A stretch of DNA of 64,000 nt, taken from assembly GCA_022771695.1 (NCBI GenBank), contig JALEKJ010000060.1:49397-113396 (forward strand), in the 5' to 3' direction. The notes under the pieces were generated by a model. That model saw only the letters and a program-made list of their open reading frames with translations, was not told the origin of the DNA and did no database searches. The position numbers and the translations under genes are program-made. The first letter of the stretch is position 1. Each line of letters starts with the position of its first letter. The DNA comes from Roseburia sp. (GTDB taxonomy: Bacteria; Bacillota; Clostridia; Lachnospirales; Lachnospiraceae). Below are positions 37,275 to 47,023 of this stretch, piece by piece.

Positions 37275-38375
37275 ATGGAGTGTCGAATTGGCGTGATTTC
37301 GGGGGATGGCATTGGTCCTGAGATTGTAGAAGAAGCAAAAAAAGTATTGGATAAGGTCGGAGTGGTCTATGGTCATACATTTTGCTATGAGGATATTTTA
37401 ATGGGAGGCTGTTCCATCGATGCGACAGGGGAACCGTTGACAGACGATGCGATTGTAGCGGCTAAGGCATCAGATGCAGTGCTGATGGGTTCGATTGGCG
37501 GCAATACCTCCACGTCCCCTTGGTATAAGCTTCCGCCCGAGAAGCGCCCGGAAGCAGGGCTCTTAAAGTTGCGTAAGTCTTTGAATTTATTTGCAAATCT
37601 AAGACCTGCATATTTATATGAAGAGTTGAAAGAGGCGTGTCCGCTTCGTGATGATATCATCGGTGACGGTTTCGACATGATGATTATGCGCGAGTTGACC
37701 GGCGGTTTGTATTTTGGAGCGAGAAAGACGGAGAGCGTGGACGGTGTCATGACGGCGACGGATACGCTTACATATAATGAAGAAGAAATCCGAAGGATTG
37801 CGAAACGCGGATTTGATATTGCCATGAAGCGTCGAAAAAAGGTGACAAGCGTGGATAAAGCGAACGTATTGGATTCCTCCAGACTGTGGAGAAAGGTTGT
37901 CGAGGAGGTGGCAGAGGAATATCCGGAGGTAACCTACGAGCATATGCTGGTTGACAACTGTGCGATGCAGCTCGTGAAGGACCCCAAACAGTTTGATGTT
38001 ATCTTAACGGAGAATATGTTTGGCGATATTCTTTCCGACGAGGCGAGCATGGTAACTGGCTCCATCGGTATGCTATCCAGTGCGAGCCTGAATGATACGA
38101 AGTTCGGTCTTTATGAACCGAGTGGTGGCTCCGCACCGGATATCGCAGGAAAAGGGATTGCGAATCCAATCGCGACAATCCTAAGCGCGGCGATGATGCT
38201 ACGTTACAGTTTTGATTTAGACAAAGAGGCGGATGCGATTGAAACTGCGGTAAAACAGGTGTTAAAAGATGGGTATCGTACCATTGATATTATGCCGCAG
38301 GAAGAAAAAAAGAAAGCAGAAGTGACACAGGTCGGTACCGCCCGGATGGGAGACTTGATTTGCGAACGCATCTAA
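37275..38375 (+). CDS. leuB: 3-isopropylmalate dehydrogenase
   Basis: GDGIGPEI and NMFGDILSDEASM. 366 aa. Confidence 0.93.
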   Translation: MECRIGVISGDGIGPEIVEEAKKVLDKVGVVYGHTFCYEDILMGGCSIDATGEPLTDDAIVAAKASDAVLMGSIGGNTSTSPWYKLPPEKRPEAGLLKLRKSLNLFANLRPAYLYEELKEACPLRDDIIGDGFDMMIMRELTGGLYFGARKTESVDGVMTATDTLTYNEEEIRRIAKRGFDIAMKRRKKVTSVDKANVLDSSRLWRKVVEEVAEEYPEVTYEHMLVDNCAMQLVKDPKQFDVILTENMFGDILSDEASMVTGSIGMLSSASLNDTKFGLYEPSGGSAPDIAGKGIANPIATILSAAMMLRYSFDLDKEADAIETAVKQVLKDGYRTIDIMPQEEKKKAEVTQVGTARMGDLICERI

Positions 38376-38430
38376 CATGTCAGTGAGATAAGTTGATGTG
38401 CTGAATAGAAATAAGAAAGGCGGAGCATAG

Positions 38431-38607
38431 ATGGCAGTATTAGGGTTGACACCTGCGATGATGTTGGTAATCGGTGTGGCAGGAGTGATTCTGCTTGTCG
38501 TTGGATTGGTAAAAAAGATTAAATTTATCATCAAGTTGGGAATTGTCATTGCTGTTGTAGGGTTTGTCGCAAATGGCGGACTTACCCTGTTAGCGTCCTA
38601 TTTCTAG
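38431..38607 (+). CDS. possible 58-aa two-TM hydrophobic peptide
   Basis: Below the ORF-track cutoff. ATG behind AAAGGCGGAG. MAVLGLTPAMMLVIGVAGVILLVVGLVKKIKFIIKLGIVIAVVGFVANGGLTLLASYF. No family recognised. Confidence 0.35.
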   Translation: MAVLGLTPAMMLVIGVAGVILLVVGLVKKIKFIIKLGIVIAVVGFVANGGLTLLASYF

Positions 38608-38670
38608 GAACGGACAGTAGTATGCCGGGAGAAACCGGTAATATACGAGAAGGAAAGGAACGGATTATAT

Positions 38671-40341
38671 ATGAAAAGTGATAATGTAAAAAAAGGGATG
38701 CAGCAGGCACCTCACAGAAGTCTTTTTAATGCGCTTGGTTTTACCGAGGAAGAAATGCAAAAACCAATGGTCGGTATCGTAAGCTCATATAATGAGATTG
38801 TACCGGGGCATATGAACTTAGACAAAATTGTCAATGCGGTAAAGCTTGGCGTCGCAGAAGCAGGCGGTGTACCGGTCGTATTTCCGGCGATTGCAGTTTG
38901 TGACGGTATTGCAATGGGGCACATCGGTATGAAGTACTCCCTTGTAACCAGAGACTTGATTGCGGATTCCACCGAGTGTATGGCACTTGCACACCAGTTT
39001 GACGCGCTTGTCATGGTACCGAACTGCGACAAGAATGTACCGGGACTTTTGATGGCGGCAGCACGCATCAATGTGCCGACCGTATTTGTATCCGGTGGAC
39101 CGATGCTTGCAGGGCGTGTGCATGGACAGAAGAGAAGCCTGTCTTCTATGTTTGAGGCAGTGGGTTCCTATGCGGCTGGTACGATGACAGAAGAAGATGT
39201 GCGTGAGTATGAGGAAAAGGTATGTCCGACTTGCGGTTCCTGCTCCGGTATGTATACGGCAAATTCGATGAACTGTCTGACAGAGGCACTTGGTATGGGA
39301 CTTCGCGGAAACGGCACAATTCCGGCAGTCTATTCTGAGCGTATCAAGCTTGCAAAGCATGCAGGTATGGCAGTTATGGAGATGTACAAGAAAAACATCC
39401 GTCCGCGCGACATTATGACAAAAGAAGCAATTCTAAATGCGCTTACCGTTGATATGGCACTTGGATGTTCTACGAACAGTATGCTACATCTTCCGGCAAT
39501 CGCACATGAGGTTGGCTTTGATTTTGATATTGCATTTGCAAATCCAATTAGCGAGAAGACACCGAACTTGTGTCATTTAGCACCGGCGGGTCCTACTTAC
39601 ATGGAAGACTTAAATGAGGCAGGCGGTGTATATGCGGTGATGAAAGAGCTTGCCGATATCGGACTTTTACATACGGAATGTATGACCGTAACAGGTAAGA
39701 CCATAGGCGAAAACATCAAAGATGCCGTGAATAAGAATCCGGAAGTCATCCGTCCGGTGGATAATCCGTACAGTAAGACCGGCGGACTTGCCGTATTAAA
39801 AGGAAATTTGGCACCGGATGGCAGCGTAGTGAAGCGTTCTGCTGTCTGTGATGAGATGATGGTGCATGAGGGACCGGCCCGGGTATTTGATTGTGAGGAA
39901 GACGCTATTGAAGCAATCAAAGGTGGTAAGATTGTGGCGGGAGATGTTGTAGTTATCCGTTATGAGGGACCGAAGGGTGGTCCTGGTATGAGAGAAATGT
40001 TAAATCCGACTTCTGCTATTGCCGGTATGGGCTTAGGATCTTCGGTAGCCCTGATTACAGACGGACGCTTTTCCGGTGCAAGCCGTGGAGCTTCCATCGG
40101 ACATGTGTCACCGGAGGCTGCAGTTGGCGGACCAATCGCACTTGTGGAAGAAGGAGACATCATCCGCATCAACATTCCGGAGATGAAGCTGGATATCGCA
40201 GTCTCCGATGAGGAGATGGCGGCAAGAAAAGCCAAATGGCAGCCGAGAGAGCCAAAGGTGACAACCGGATATCTGAAGAGATATGCATCCTTGGTAACTT
40301 CCGGCAACCGTGGAGCAATCTTACAGCTTCCTACAGAATAA
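38671..40341 (+). CDS. ilvD: dihydroxy-acid dehydratase
   Basis: [15 protein letters not shown] and TDGRFSG. 556 aa. Confidence 0.95.
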   Translation: MKSDNVKKGMQQAPHRSLFNALGFTEEEMQKPMVGIVSSYNEIVPGHMNLDKIVNAVKLGVAEAGGVPVVFPAIAVCDGIAMGHIGMKYSLVTRDLIADSTECMALAHQFDALVMVPNCDKNVPGLLMAAARINVPTVFVSGGPMLAGRVHGQKRSLSSMFEAVGSYAAGTMTEEDVREYEEKVCPTCGSCSGMYTANSMNCLTEALGMGLRGNGTIPAVYSERIKLAKHAGMAVMEMYKKNIRPRDIMTKEAILNALTVDMALGCSTNSMLHLPAIAHEVGFDFDIAFANPISEKTPNLCHLAPAGPTYMEDLNEAGGVYAVMKELADIGLLHTECMTVTGKTIGENIKDAVNKNPEVIRPVDNPYSKTGGLAVLKGNLAPDGSVVKRSAVCDEMMVHEGPARVFDCEEDAIEAIKGGKIVAGDVVVIRYEGPKGGPGMREMLNPTSAIAGMGLGSSVALITDGRFSGASRGASIGHVSPEAAVGGPIALVEEGDIIRINIPEMKLDIAVSDEEMAARKAKWQPREPKVTTGYLKRYASLVTSGNRGAILQLPTE

Positions 40342-40395
40342 GAACGCAAAAAGCGCGTTCTTCCCTACAAGTTGATGGAAGGAGAGAAACAGAAC

Positions 40396-42087
40396 ATGCA
40401 GTTAACAGGTGCGCAGATCGTCATCGAATGCCTGAAAGAACAGGGCGTGGATACCGTATTCGGTTATCCGGGCGGTGCCATCTTGAATGTATACGATGAA
40501 TTATATAAACATCAGAACGAAATCAAACATATTTTAACTTCTCATGAGCAGGGTGCATCCCATGCGGCGGACGGCTATGCGAGAAGCACAGGCAAGGTTG
40601 GGGTCTGTTTTGCGACAAGCGGACCGGGAGCCACGAATCTGGTAACAGGAATCGCAACCGCCTATATGGATTCCGTGCCGATGGTAGCAATTACATGTAA
40701 CGTTACCGTACCGCTTCTTGGAAAAGATAGTTTCCAGGAAATTGATATCGCCGGAATCACAACTCCGATTACAAAGCATAACTTTATCGTAAAAGATATT
40801 ACGAAGCTTGCGGATACCATCCGCAGAGCGTTTAAGATTGCACAAAAGGGAAGACCGGGACCGGTGCTTGTGGATATTCCCAAAGATATCACAGCGGCAA
40901 AAACGGAATATACATATAAGAAGGCGGAGCCGATACCGCGTGTGACGGAGACAATCCGAGAAGAGGATATTGAGAAAGCACTTAAGATGATTGGAGCGGC
41001 GAAGAAACCGTATATTTTTGTCGGTGGAGGTGCCGTAATCTCGGAAGCGAGTGAAGAACTCAGAGAATTTGTAAAAAAAGTTGATGCCCCGGTATGCGAT
41101 ACCTTGATGGGCAAGGGAGCCTTTGACGGAACACATGACTTATATACGGGAATGCTTGGCATGCATGGTACAAAGACATCGAATCTTGGCGTAAGCGAAT
41201 GTGATCTTTTGATTGCAGTGGGGACCCGCTTCTCTGATCGTGTGCTTGGCAATGCAAAAAAATTTGCAAAGCAGGCAAAGATTTTGCAGTTTGATGTGGA
41301 TGCGGCGGAGATTAACAAAAATATCCGTGTCGATGCTTGTGTTGTCGGAGATTTAAAAGAGATATTAAAACAGCTCAATGCGAAACTGTCGCAGATGAAC
41401 CATAACGATTGGATTACACACGTGATGGACTTTAAGGTAAAATTCCCACTGTGCTATGAGGAGGGAGGACTTACAGGTCCGTACCTGATGGAAGAGATTT
41501 ATCGCGCGACTGCCGGGGATGCCATCATCGTCACAGAGGTTGGACAACATCAGATGTGGGCAGCGCAATATTATAAATACAAGAATCCGAGGACATTTTT
41601 ATCGTCCGGCGGACTCGGAACGATGGGATATGGACTTGGTGCGGCGATTGGTGCGCAGGTGGCAAATCCGAATAAACAGGTGATTAATATTGCGGGAGAC
41701 GGATGTTTCCGCATGAATATGAATGAGATTGCCACAGCGGCGAGACAGAAACTGCCATTGATAGAAGTCATCGTCAATAACCATGTACTTGGCATGGTGC
41801 GGCAGTGGCAGGACTTGTTTTATGAGAAACGTTATTCAGCAACTGTGCTGGATGACGGTGTTGATTTTGTAAAACTGGCTGAAGCAATGGGGGCGACGGG
41901 ATACCGTGCGACAAACTGTGCCGAGTTTGATGAGGCATTACAGAAAGCGTTGGTATCAGAGGGACCGGTCGTTATCGATTGTATTATTGGATGTGACGAC
42001 AAGGTGTGGCCAATGGTAGCACCGGGTGCGGACATCAGTACATCATTCACAGCGGAGGATTTGCAGGAAAGAAAGGAAAGGGATTAG
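40396..42087 (+). CDS. ilvB: acetolactate synthase, large (catalytic) subunit
   Basis: ThDP motif GDGCFRMN..NN and GLGTMGYGLGAAIGA. Start at MQLTGAQ behind GGAGAG. Confidence 0.9.
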   Translation: MQLTGAQIVIECLKEQGVDTVFGYPGGAILNVYDELYKHQNEIKHILTSHEQGASHAADGYARSTGKVGVCFATSGPGATNLVTGIATAYMDSVPMVAITCNVTVPLLGKDSFQEIDIAGITTPITKHNFIVKDITKLADTIRRAFKIAQKGRPGPVLVDIPKDITAAKTEYTYKKAEPIPRVTETIREEDIEKALKMIGAAKKPYIFVGGGAVISEASEELREFVKKVDAPVCDTLMGKGAFDGTHDLYTGMLGMHGTKTSNLGVSECDLLIAVGTRFSDRVLGNAKKFAKQAKILQFDVDAAEINKNIRVDACVVGDLKEILKQLNAKLSQMNHNDWITHVMDFKVKFPLCYEEGGLTGPYLMEEIYRATAGDAIIVTEVGQHQMWAAQYYKYKNPRTFLSSGGLGTMGYGLGAAIGAQVANPNKQVINIAGDGCFRMNMNEIATAARQKLPLIEVIVNNHVLGMVRQWQDLFYEKRYSATVLDDGVDFVKLAEAMGATGYRATNCAEFDEALQKALVSEGPVVIDCIIGCDDKVWPMVAPGADISTSFTAEDLQERKERD

Positions 42088-42090
42088 AAA

Positions 42091-43185
42091 ATGAGCAGAG
42101 TGTACAATTTTTCAGCGGGACCGGCGGTATTGCCGGAGGAAGTCTTAAGAGAAGCGGCAGAAGAGATGATGGATTACAAGGGAAGCGGTATGTCAGTTAT
42201 GGAGATGAGCCACCGCTCGAAAGTATATGATACCATTATCAAAGAGGCCGAGCAGGATTTACGTGATTTGATGAATATTCCGGATAACTATAAGGTCTTA
42301 TTTTTGCAGGGAGGTGCTTCCCAGCAGTTTGCAATGATTCCGATGAACTTGATGAAAAACAAAAAAGCGGGATACATTGTAACCGGACAGTGGGCAAAGA
42401 AAGCTTATCAGGAAGCTCAGATTTATGGGGAAGCGGTAAAACTGGCGTCTTCTGAAGACAAGACTTTTTCTTATATCCCGGATTGCTCGGATTTGGACAT
42501 TCCGGAGGACCTGGATTACGTGTACATCTGTGAGAATAATACAATCTACGGAACGAAGTACAAAGAATTACCGAATACCAAAGGGCATACCTTGGTTGCG
42601 GATGTATCCTCCTGTTTCTTATCAGAACCGGTGGATGTGAGCAAATATGGTGTGATTTACGGCGGCGTGCAGAAAAACGTCGGACCGGCGGGAGTCGTTA
42701 TTGTAATCATCCGCGAGGATTTGATTACGGAGGATACGTTACCGGGAACACCTACCATGTTAAAATACAAGATTCATGCAGATAATGATTCTCTGTACAA
42801 TACACCTCCTTGCTACGGTATTTATATTTGTGGCAAAGTATTTAAATGGTTAAAGAAGATGGGCGGTCTTTCTGTCATGAAAGAGCGTAACAAAGAAAAG
42901 GCAAAGATTCTCTATGATTTCTTAGACGAGAGCAAGATGTTCCATGGTACCGTTGTTCCAAAGGATCGTTCTCTTATGAATGTACCGTTTGTAACAGGTA
43001 ATGAGGAACTGGATGCCAAGTTTGTAAAAGAGGCGACAGCGGCAGGTTTTGTGAATCTGAAAGGTCATCGCACCGTTGGCGGTATGCGTGCATCAATCTA
43101 CAATGCGATGCCTAAAGAGGGCGTAGAAAAGCTTGTAGAATTCATGAGAAAGTTTGAGGAGGAGAATCAGAATGCATCGTTATAA
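42091..43185 (+). CDS. serC: phosphoserine aminotransferase
   Basis: FSAGPAVLP and GGASQQF. 364 aa class-V aminotransferase. Confidence 0.9.
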   Translation: MSRVYNFSAGPAVLPEEVLREAAEEMMDYKGSGMSVMEMSHRSKVYDTIIKEAEQDLRDLMNIPDNYKVLFLQGGASQQFAMIPMNLMKNKKAGYIVTGQWAKKAYQEAQIYGEAVKLASSEDKTFSYIPDCSDLDIPEDLDYVYICENNTIYGTKYKELPNTKGHTLVADVSSCFLSEPVDVSKYGVIYGGVQKNVGPAGVVIVIIREDLITEDTLPGTPTMLKYKIHADNDSLYNTPPCYGIYICGKVFKWLKKMGGLSVMKERNKEKAKILYDFLDESKMFHGTVVPKDRSLMNVPFVTGNEELDAKFVKEATAAGFVNLKGHRTVGGMRASIYNAMPKEGVEKLVEFMRKFEEENQNASL

Positions 43186-44335
43186 TTGCTTGAATCCAAT
43201 CGCTTCGGTTGGCTTAGATTTGTTTTCGGATGATTATCAGAAAGTGGAGGAGATGAAGGACGCAGAGGCAGTGCTTGTCAGAAGTGCAGCGATGCATGAT
43301 TTGGAACTGCCGGATTCTCTGGCTGCAGTGGCGAGAGCAGGCGCAGGTGTCAACAATATTCCACTCGATAAGTGTGCAGAAAAAGGAATTGTAGTGTTTA
43401 ATACGCCGGGGGCAAATGCGAATGGTGTCAAAGAGCTTGTGTTTGCAGGAATGCTTTACGCATCTCGTGATATCGTGGGCGGTATTGATTGGTGTCTTGA
43501 CAATCAGAATGATGAAAACATTGCAAAGACTGCTGAGAAGCAGAAGAAAAACTTTGCAGGTACGGAAATTGCGGGTAAGAAGCTTGGGGTTATCGGCCTC
43601 GGAGCCATCGGTGTGCTAGTAGCAAATGCAGCAACTCATATGGGCATGGAAGTGTACGGATATGACCCATATATCTCCGTAAGCGCCGCATGGAATCTTT
43701 CCAGGAGTGTGAAGCATATCAGTAATGTTGAGGATATCTATCGTGAATGTGATTATATTACGATTCATGTACCGCTTTTGGATTCTACAAAAAAGATGAT
43801 TAATGCTGAGGCGATTGCATTGATGAAACCAACGGCTATCGTACTGAACTTTGCACGAGATCTTCTTGTGGACGAGGAAGCGATGGTGGATGCACTTGCC
43901 GCGGGAAAAGTAAAGCGTTATGTGTCCGATTTCCCAAATCCAACAACCGTGGGAGCGAAGGGATGTATCGTGACCCCGCATCTGGGTGCGTCGACAGCAG
44001 AATCTGAGGATAACTGTGCGATTATGGCAGTGCGTGAAATTCGTGATTATCTGGAAAATGGTAATATTACGCATTCTGTGAACTTCCCGGATTGTAACAT
44101 GGCAGCCTGTATGACTGCCGGAAGAATTGGTATCCTTCATAAGAATGCAAGTGGTATGTTAAGCCGGTTTACGACGATTTTAGGAGATGCAGGTATCAAT
44201 ATTGACGGAATGGCGAATAAGTCGAAAGGTGATTACGCATATGCGCTTATCGATGTGGATGCAGCGGTAACAGAAGAAGTGTTAGAAAAACTGAACCAGA
44301 TTCCGGGAGTCCTTAGGGTTCGCAAAATAAAATAA
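43172..44335 (+). CDS. serA: D-3-phosphoglycerate dehydrogenase
   Basis: 2-hydroxyacid dehydrogenase NAD motif GVIGLGAIG, HLGAST and a C-terminal ACT-like domain. ATG 43172 behind GAGGAGGAG, overlapping serC by 14 nt. Confidence 0.85.
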   Translation: MHRYNCLNPIASVGLDLFSDDYQKVEEMKDAEAVLVRSAAMHDLELPDSLAAVARAGAGVNNIPLDKCAEKGIVVFNTPGANANGVKELVFAGMLYASRDIVGGIDWCLDNQNDENIAKTAEKQKKNFAGTEIAGKKLGVIGLGAIGVLVANAATHMGMEVYGYDPYISVSAAWNLSRSVKHISNVEDIYRECDYITIHVPLLDSTKKMINAEAIALMKPTAIVLNFARDLLVDEEAMVDALAAGKVKRYVSDFPNPTTVGAKGCIVTPHLGASTAESEDNCAIMAVREIRDYLENGNITHSVNFPDCNMAACMTAGRIGILHKNASGMLSRFTTILGDAGINIDGMANKSKGDYAYALIDVDAAVTEEVLEKLNQIPGVLRVRKIK

Positions 44336-44349
44336 ATGAGGTGCAGAAA

Positions 44350-45600
44350 ATGGCAGATATCAGACCATTTATAAGCATCAGACCACAGAAGGGGAAGGCA
44401 GCAGAGATAGCTGCCCTCCCTTATGATGTTTATAATAGAGAAGAAGCAACAAAGTATGTAGAGAATCATCCGGAGTCATTTTTGAAGATTGACAGGGCAG
44501 AAACACAGTTTCCTTTATCGGTGGATATGTATGATGAGCGGGTATACAAGAGGGCACATGATATGCTATGGGAAGGTGTGGAGAACGGCACGTTTATTCG
44601 TGAAGACAAAAAATGTTACTATGTCTATGAATTGACGATGCAAGGCCGCGTGCAGACCGGAATTGTGGCATGTGCATCGATTGATGATTATCATAACAAT
44701 GTGATTAAGAAGCATGAGAATACCCGAGCTGAAAAAGAAGCGGACCGTATTCGACATGTGGAAGCATGCCGGGCGCAGACGGGCCCGATTTTTTTGGCTT
44801 ATCGTTCCAATGAGATGATTAATGCGATGGTAAAGAAGGCAAAAGAGCAGGAAGCGGAATATGATTTTGTGGCAGACGATGGGGTGAGACATCGCGTGTT
44901 CGTGATTCGTGACGACAGTTCTGTTTCACAGATTGAGAAGGCTTTTTCCGAAATTAATCAGATTTATATTGCGGACGGTCATCACAGAGCTGCGTCCGCA
45001 GTGCGTGTAGGGGAAATGTACCGTGAGCAGAACCCCGATTATACCGGAGAGGAAGAATTTAACTATTTTCTTTCCGTATTATTTCCAGATGACCAGTTGA
45101 TGATTATGGATTATAATCGTGTGGTAAGAGACATGAACGGATATTCATTTAAAGGCTTTTATCGTGAAGTAAAAGAGCGTTTTGATGTCGAAGAGATTAC
45201 GGAACAGCAGGAAAAAAGACCGCAGGAGCGCGGAAGTTTTACGATGTATATGGAAGATCACTGGTTCCTGTGTAAAATCAGAAGTGAAGATCGCAATCCA
45301 TCCGATCCGGTTGCTGATTTGGATGTTTCTATCTTACAGGATAAGCTGCTTGGACCGGTGCTTGGCATTGGTGACCCAAAGACGGACGGACGCATTGATT
45401 TTGTAGGTGGTATTCGTGGAATGGAGGAACTGGTACGTCGATGTGAGGATGATTGTGCGATAGCGTTTGCCATGTATCCGACAGCGATTGAAGAACTGTT
45501 TGCAGTGGCTGATGCGGGGCTTTTGATGCCGCCGAAGTCCACCTGGTTTGAACCAAAGCTTCGGAGTGGATTGTTCATTCATGCAATCAATGAGAACTAG
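44350..45600 (+). CDS. DUF1015 family protein
   Basis: Conserved IADGHHR motif. About 415 aa. Lies directly downstream of serA. Confidence 0.7.
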   Translation: MADIRPFISIRPQKGKAAEIAALPYDVYNREEATKYVENHPESFLKIDRAETQFPLSVDMYDERVYKRAHDMLWEGVENGTFIREDKKCYYVYELTMQGRVQTGIVACASIDDYHNNVIKKHENTRAEKEADRIRHVEACRAQTGPIFLAYRSNEMINAMVKKAKEQEAEYDFVADDGVRHRVFVIRDDSSVSQIEKAFSEINQIYIADGHHRAASAVRVGEMYREQNPDYTGEEEFNYFLSVLFPDDQLMIMDYNRVVRDMNGYSFKGFYREVKERFDVEEITEQQEKRPQERGSFTMYMEDHWFLCKIRSEDRNPSDPVADLDVSILQDKLLGPVLGIGDPKTDGRIDFVGGIRGMEELVRRCEDDCAIAFAMYPTAIEELFAVADAGLLMPPKSTWFEPKLRSGLFIHAINEN

Positions 45601-45617
45601 GAAAGGAGTGCTGACGG

Positions 45618-46559
45618 ATGACACTAGGAAAATACGCCGGCATATTGCTTACAGCGGGGATAGATAACTTCTCAAACACAACAGAAACCATTGAGACAAT
45701 AAGCAATGCACAGGAAAATTTACAGGCAGTTGCAGAGAATCCGGGCATGTTACAGGAATGGTTAGAGGGCTTAATCCCAGATATTCTGAATTTTGCTTTT
45801 CAGGTCGTGATTGCCATTGCTATCTATGTGATAGGTGGAAAAATTATCCGATGGATTGTAAAACTGGTTGGACGTTCCATGGACCGCGCAGGTGCCGATG
45901 CCGGTGTGAAGCAGTTTGTGGCACCGCTGATAAAGTATGTTCTTTATGTATTGCTCATTTTTTTGATTATGGGGTTGTTTGGAATTGCGACCACTTCTGC
46001 AGTTGCAGTGCTTGGTTCCGCAGGGGTTGCCGTCGGACTTGCACTGCAGGGCAGCCTTTCTAACTTTGCCGGCGGTGTACTGATTTTGCTCTTAAAACCA
46101 TTTGTTGTGGGCGATTATATTATAGAAGATACGAATAAGAATGAGGGTACTGTGTCGGAGATTTCGATTTTCTATACGAAACTTTTGACGGTGGATAATA
46201 AAGTGATTGTCATACCGAACGGCATACTCTCGAATAGTAGTTTGACAAATGTGACACATATGGACAAGCGTCGCGTTGATTTGATTGTGGGGATATCTTA
46301 CGAGGCAGATGTTCGCACAGCGAAGGAAATCCTAAAAAAGATTGCGCTGGAGGAGCCTGCAAGGCTTGAGGAGGAGGAGCCGGTTGTTTATGTGGATGCA
46401 CTTGGTACATCTTCTGTAGATATGGGGCTTCGTGTATGGGTAAAAGCAGAGAATTACTGGCAGGCAAAGTGGCGTTTGACGGAAAATATCAAGTATGCGT
46501 TCGATGAAAAAGGCATCGCAATCCCTTATCAGCAGATTGATGTGCAAATTAAACAATAA
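45618..46559 (+). CDS. MscS-family mechanosensitive channel
   Basis: 3 TM segments plus a beta-domain (GDYIIEDTNKNEGTVSEISIFYTKLLT.DNK.V.IPN). Confidence 0.8.
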   Translation: MTLGKYAGILLTAGIDNFSNTTETIETISNAQENLQAVAENPGMLQEWLEGLIPDILNFAFQVVIAIAIYVIGGKIIRWIVKLVGRSMDRAGADAGVKQFVAPLIKYVLYVLLIFLIMGLFGIATTSAVAVLGSAGVAVGLALQGSLSNFAGGVLILLLKPFVVGDYIIEDTNKNEGTVSEISIFYTKLLTVDNKVIVIPNGILSNSSLTNVTHMDKRRVDLIVGISYEADVRTAKEILKKIALEEPARLEEEEPVVYVDALGTSSVDMGLRVWVKAENYWQAKWRLTENIKYAFDEKGIAIPYQQIDVQIKQ

Positions 46560-46572
46560 TATATGAAAAATG

Positions 46573-46601
46573 TTGACAAAAAAAGTGATTTGTGCTAAAT
46601 T
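46573..46601 (+). promoter_or_regulatory. candidate sigma-A promoter of the cold-shock gene
   Basis: TTGACA-17 nt-TAAATT with an extended TGc. About 75-nt structured 5' UTR. Confidence 0.65.
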
Positions 46602-46679
46602 TAATGCGTTAGGCAATGTGACGTCCGAGGAGACGTTACAGAATGGTTATATCTGTATTTTAGGAGGTTTTTAAAAGTT

Positions 46680-46883
46680 ATGCAGCAGGGTACTGTAAAG
46701 TGGTTTAACGCCAAAAAAGGTTACGGATTTATTTCAGACGCAGAGGGTAATGATGTATTTGTACATTTCTCTGCACTGAAAATGGATGGATTCAAAGAGT
46801 TAAAAGACGGCGAGCAGGTTGAGTTTGAGGTGACAGAGGGAGCAAAGGGACCTCAGGCTGCAAATGTAACTCGTATCGCTTAA
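46680..46883 (+). CDS. cold-shock protein (CspA family)
   Basis: RNP1 KGYGFI and RNP2 VFVHF. 67 aa. Confidence 0.95.
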   Translation: MQQGTVKWFNAKKGYGFISDAEGNDVFVHFSALKMDGFKELKDGEQVEFEVTEGAKGPQAANVTRIA

Positions 46884-46916
46884 TTCGTTAAGAATATATC
46901 TGTTAAAGACTAACCG

Positions 46917-46952
46917 AGAGGATGTCAGCGAAGTATCTGACATCCTCTTTTT
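46917..46952 (+). terminator. intrinsic terminator of csp
   Basis: 12-bp stem AGAGGATGTCAG / CTGACATCCTCT followed by TTTT. Confidence 0.85.
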
Positions 46953-47023
46953 ATGATTACTCTTTTGCAAAAAAGGAAAAGCTGATATAATGACAGGTAG
47001 TTTGATGGAAAGGAATTTTTACA

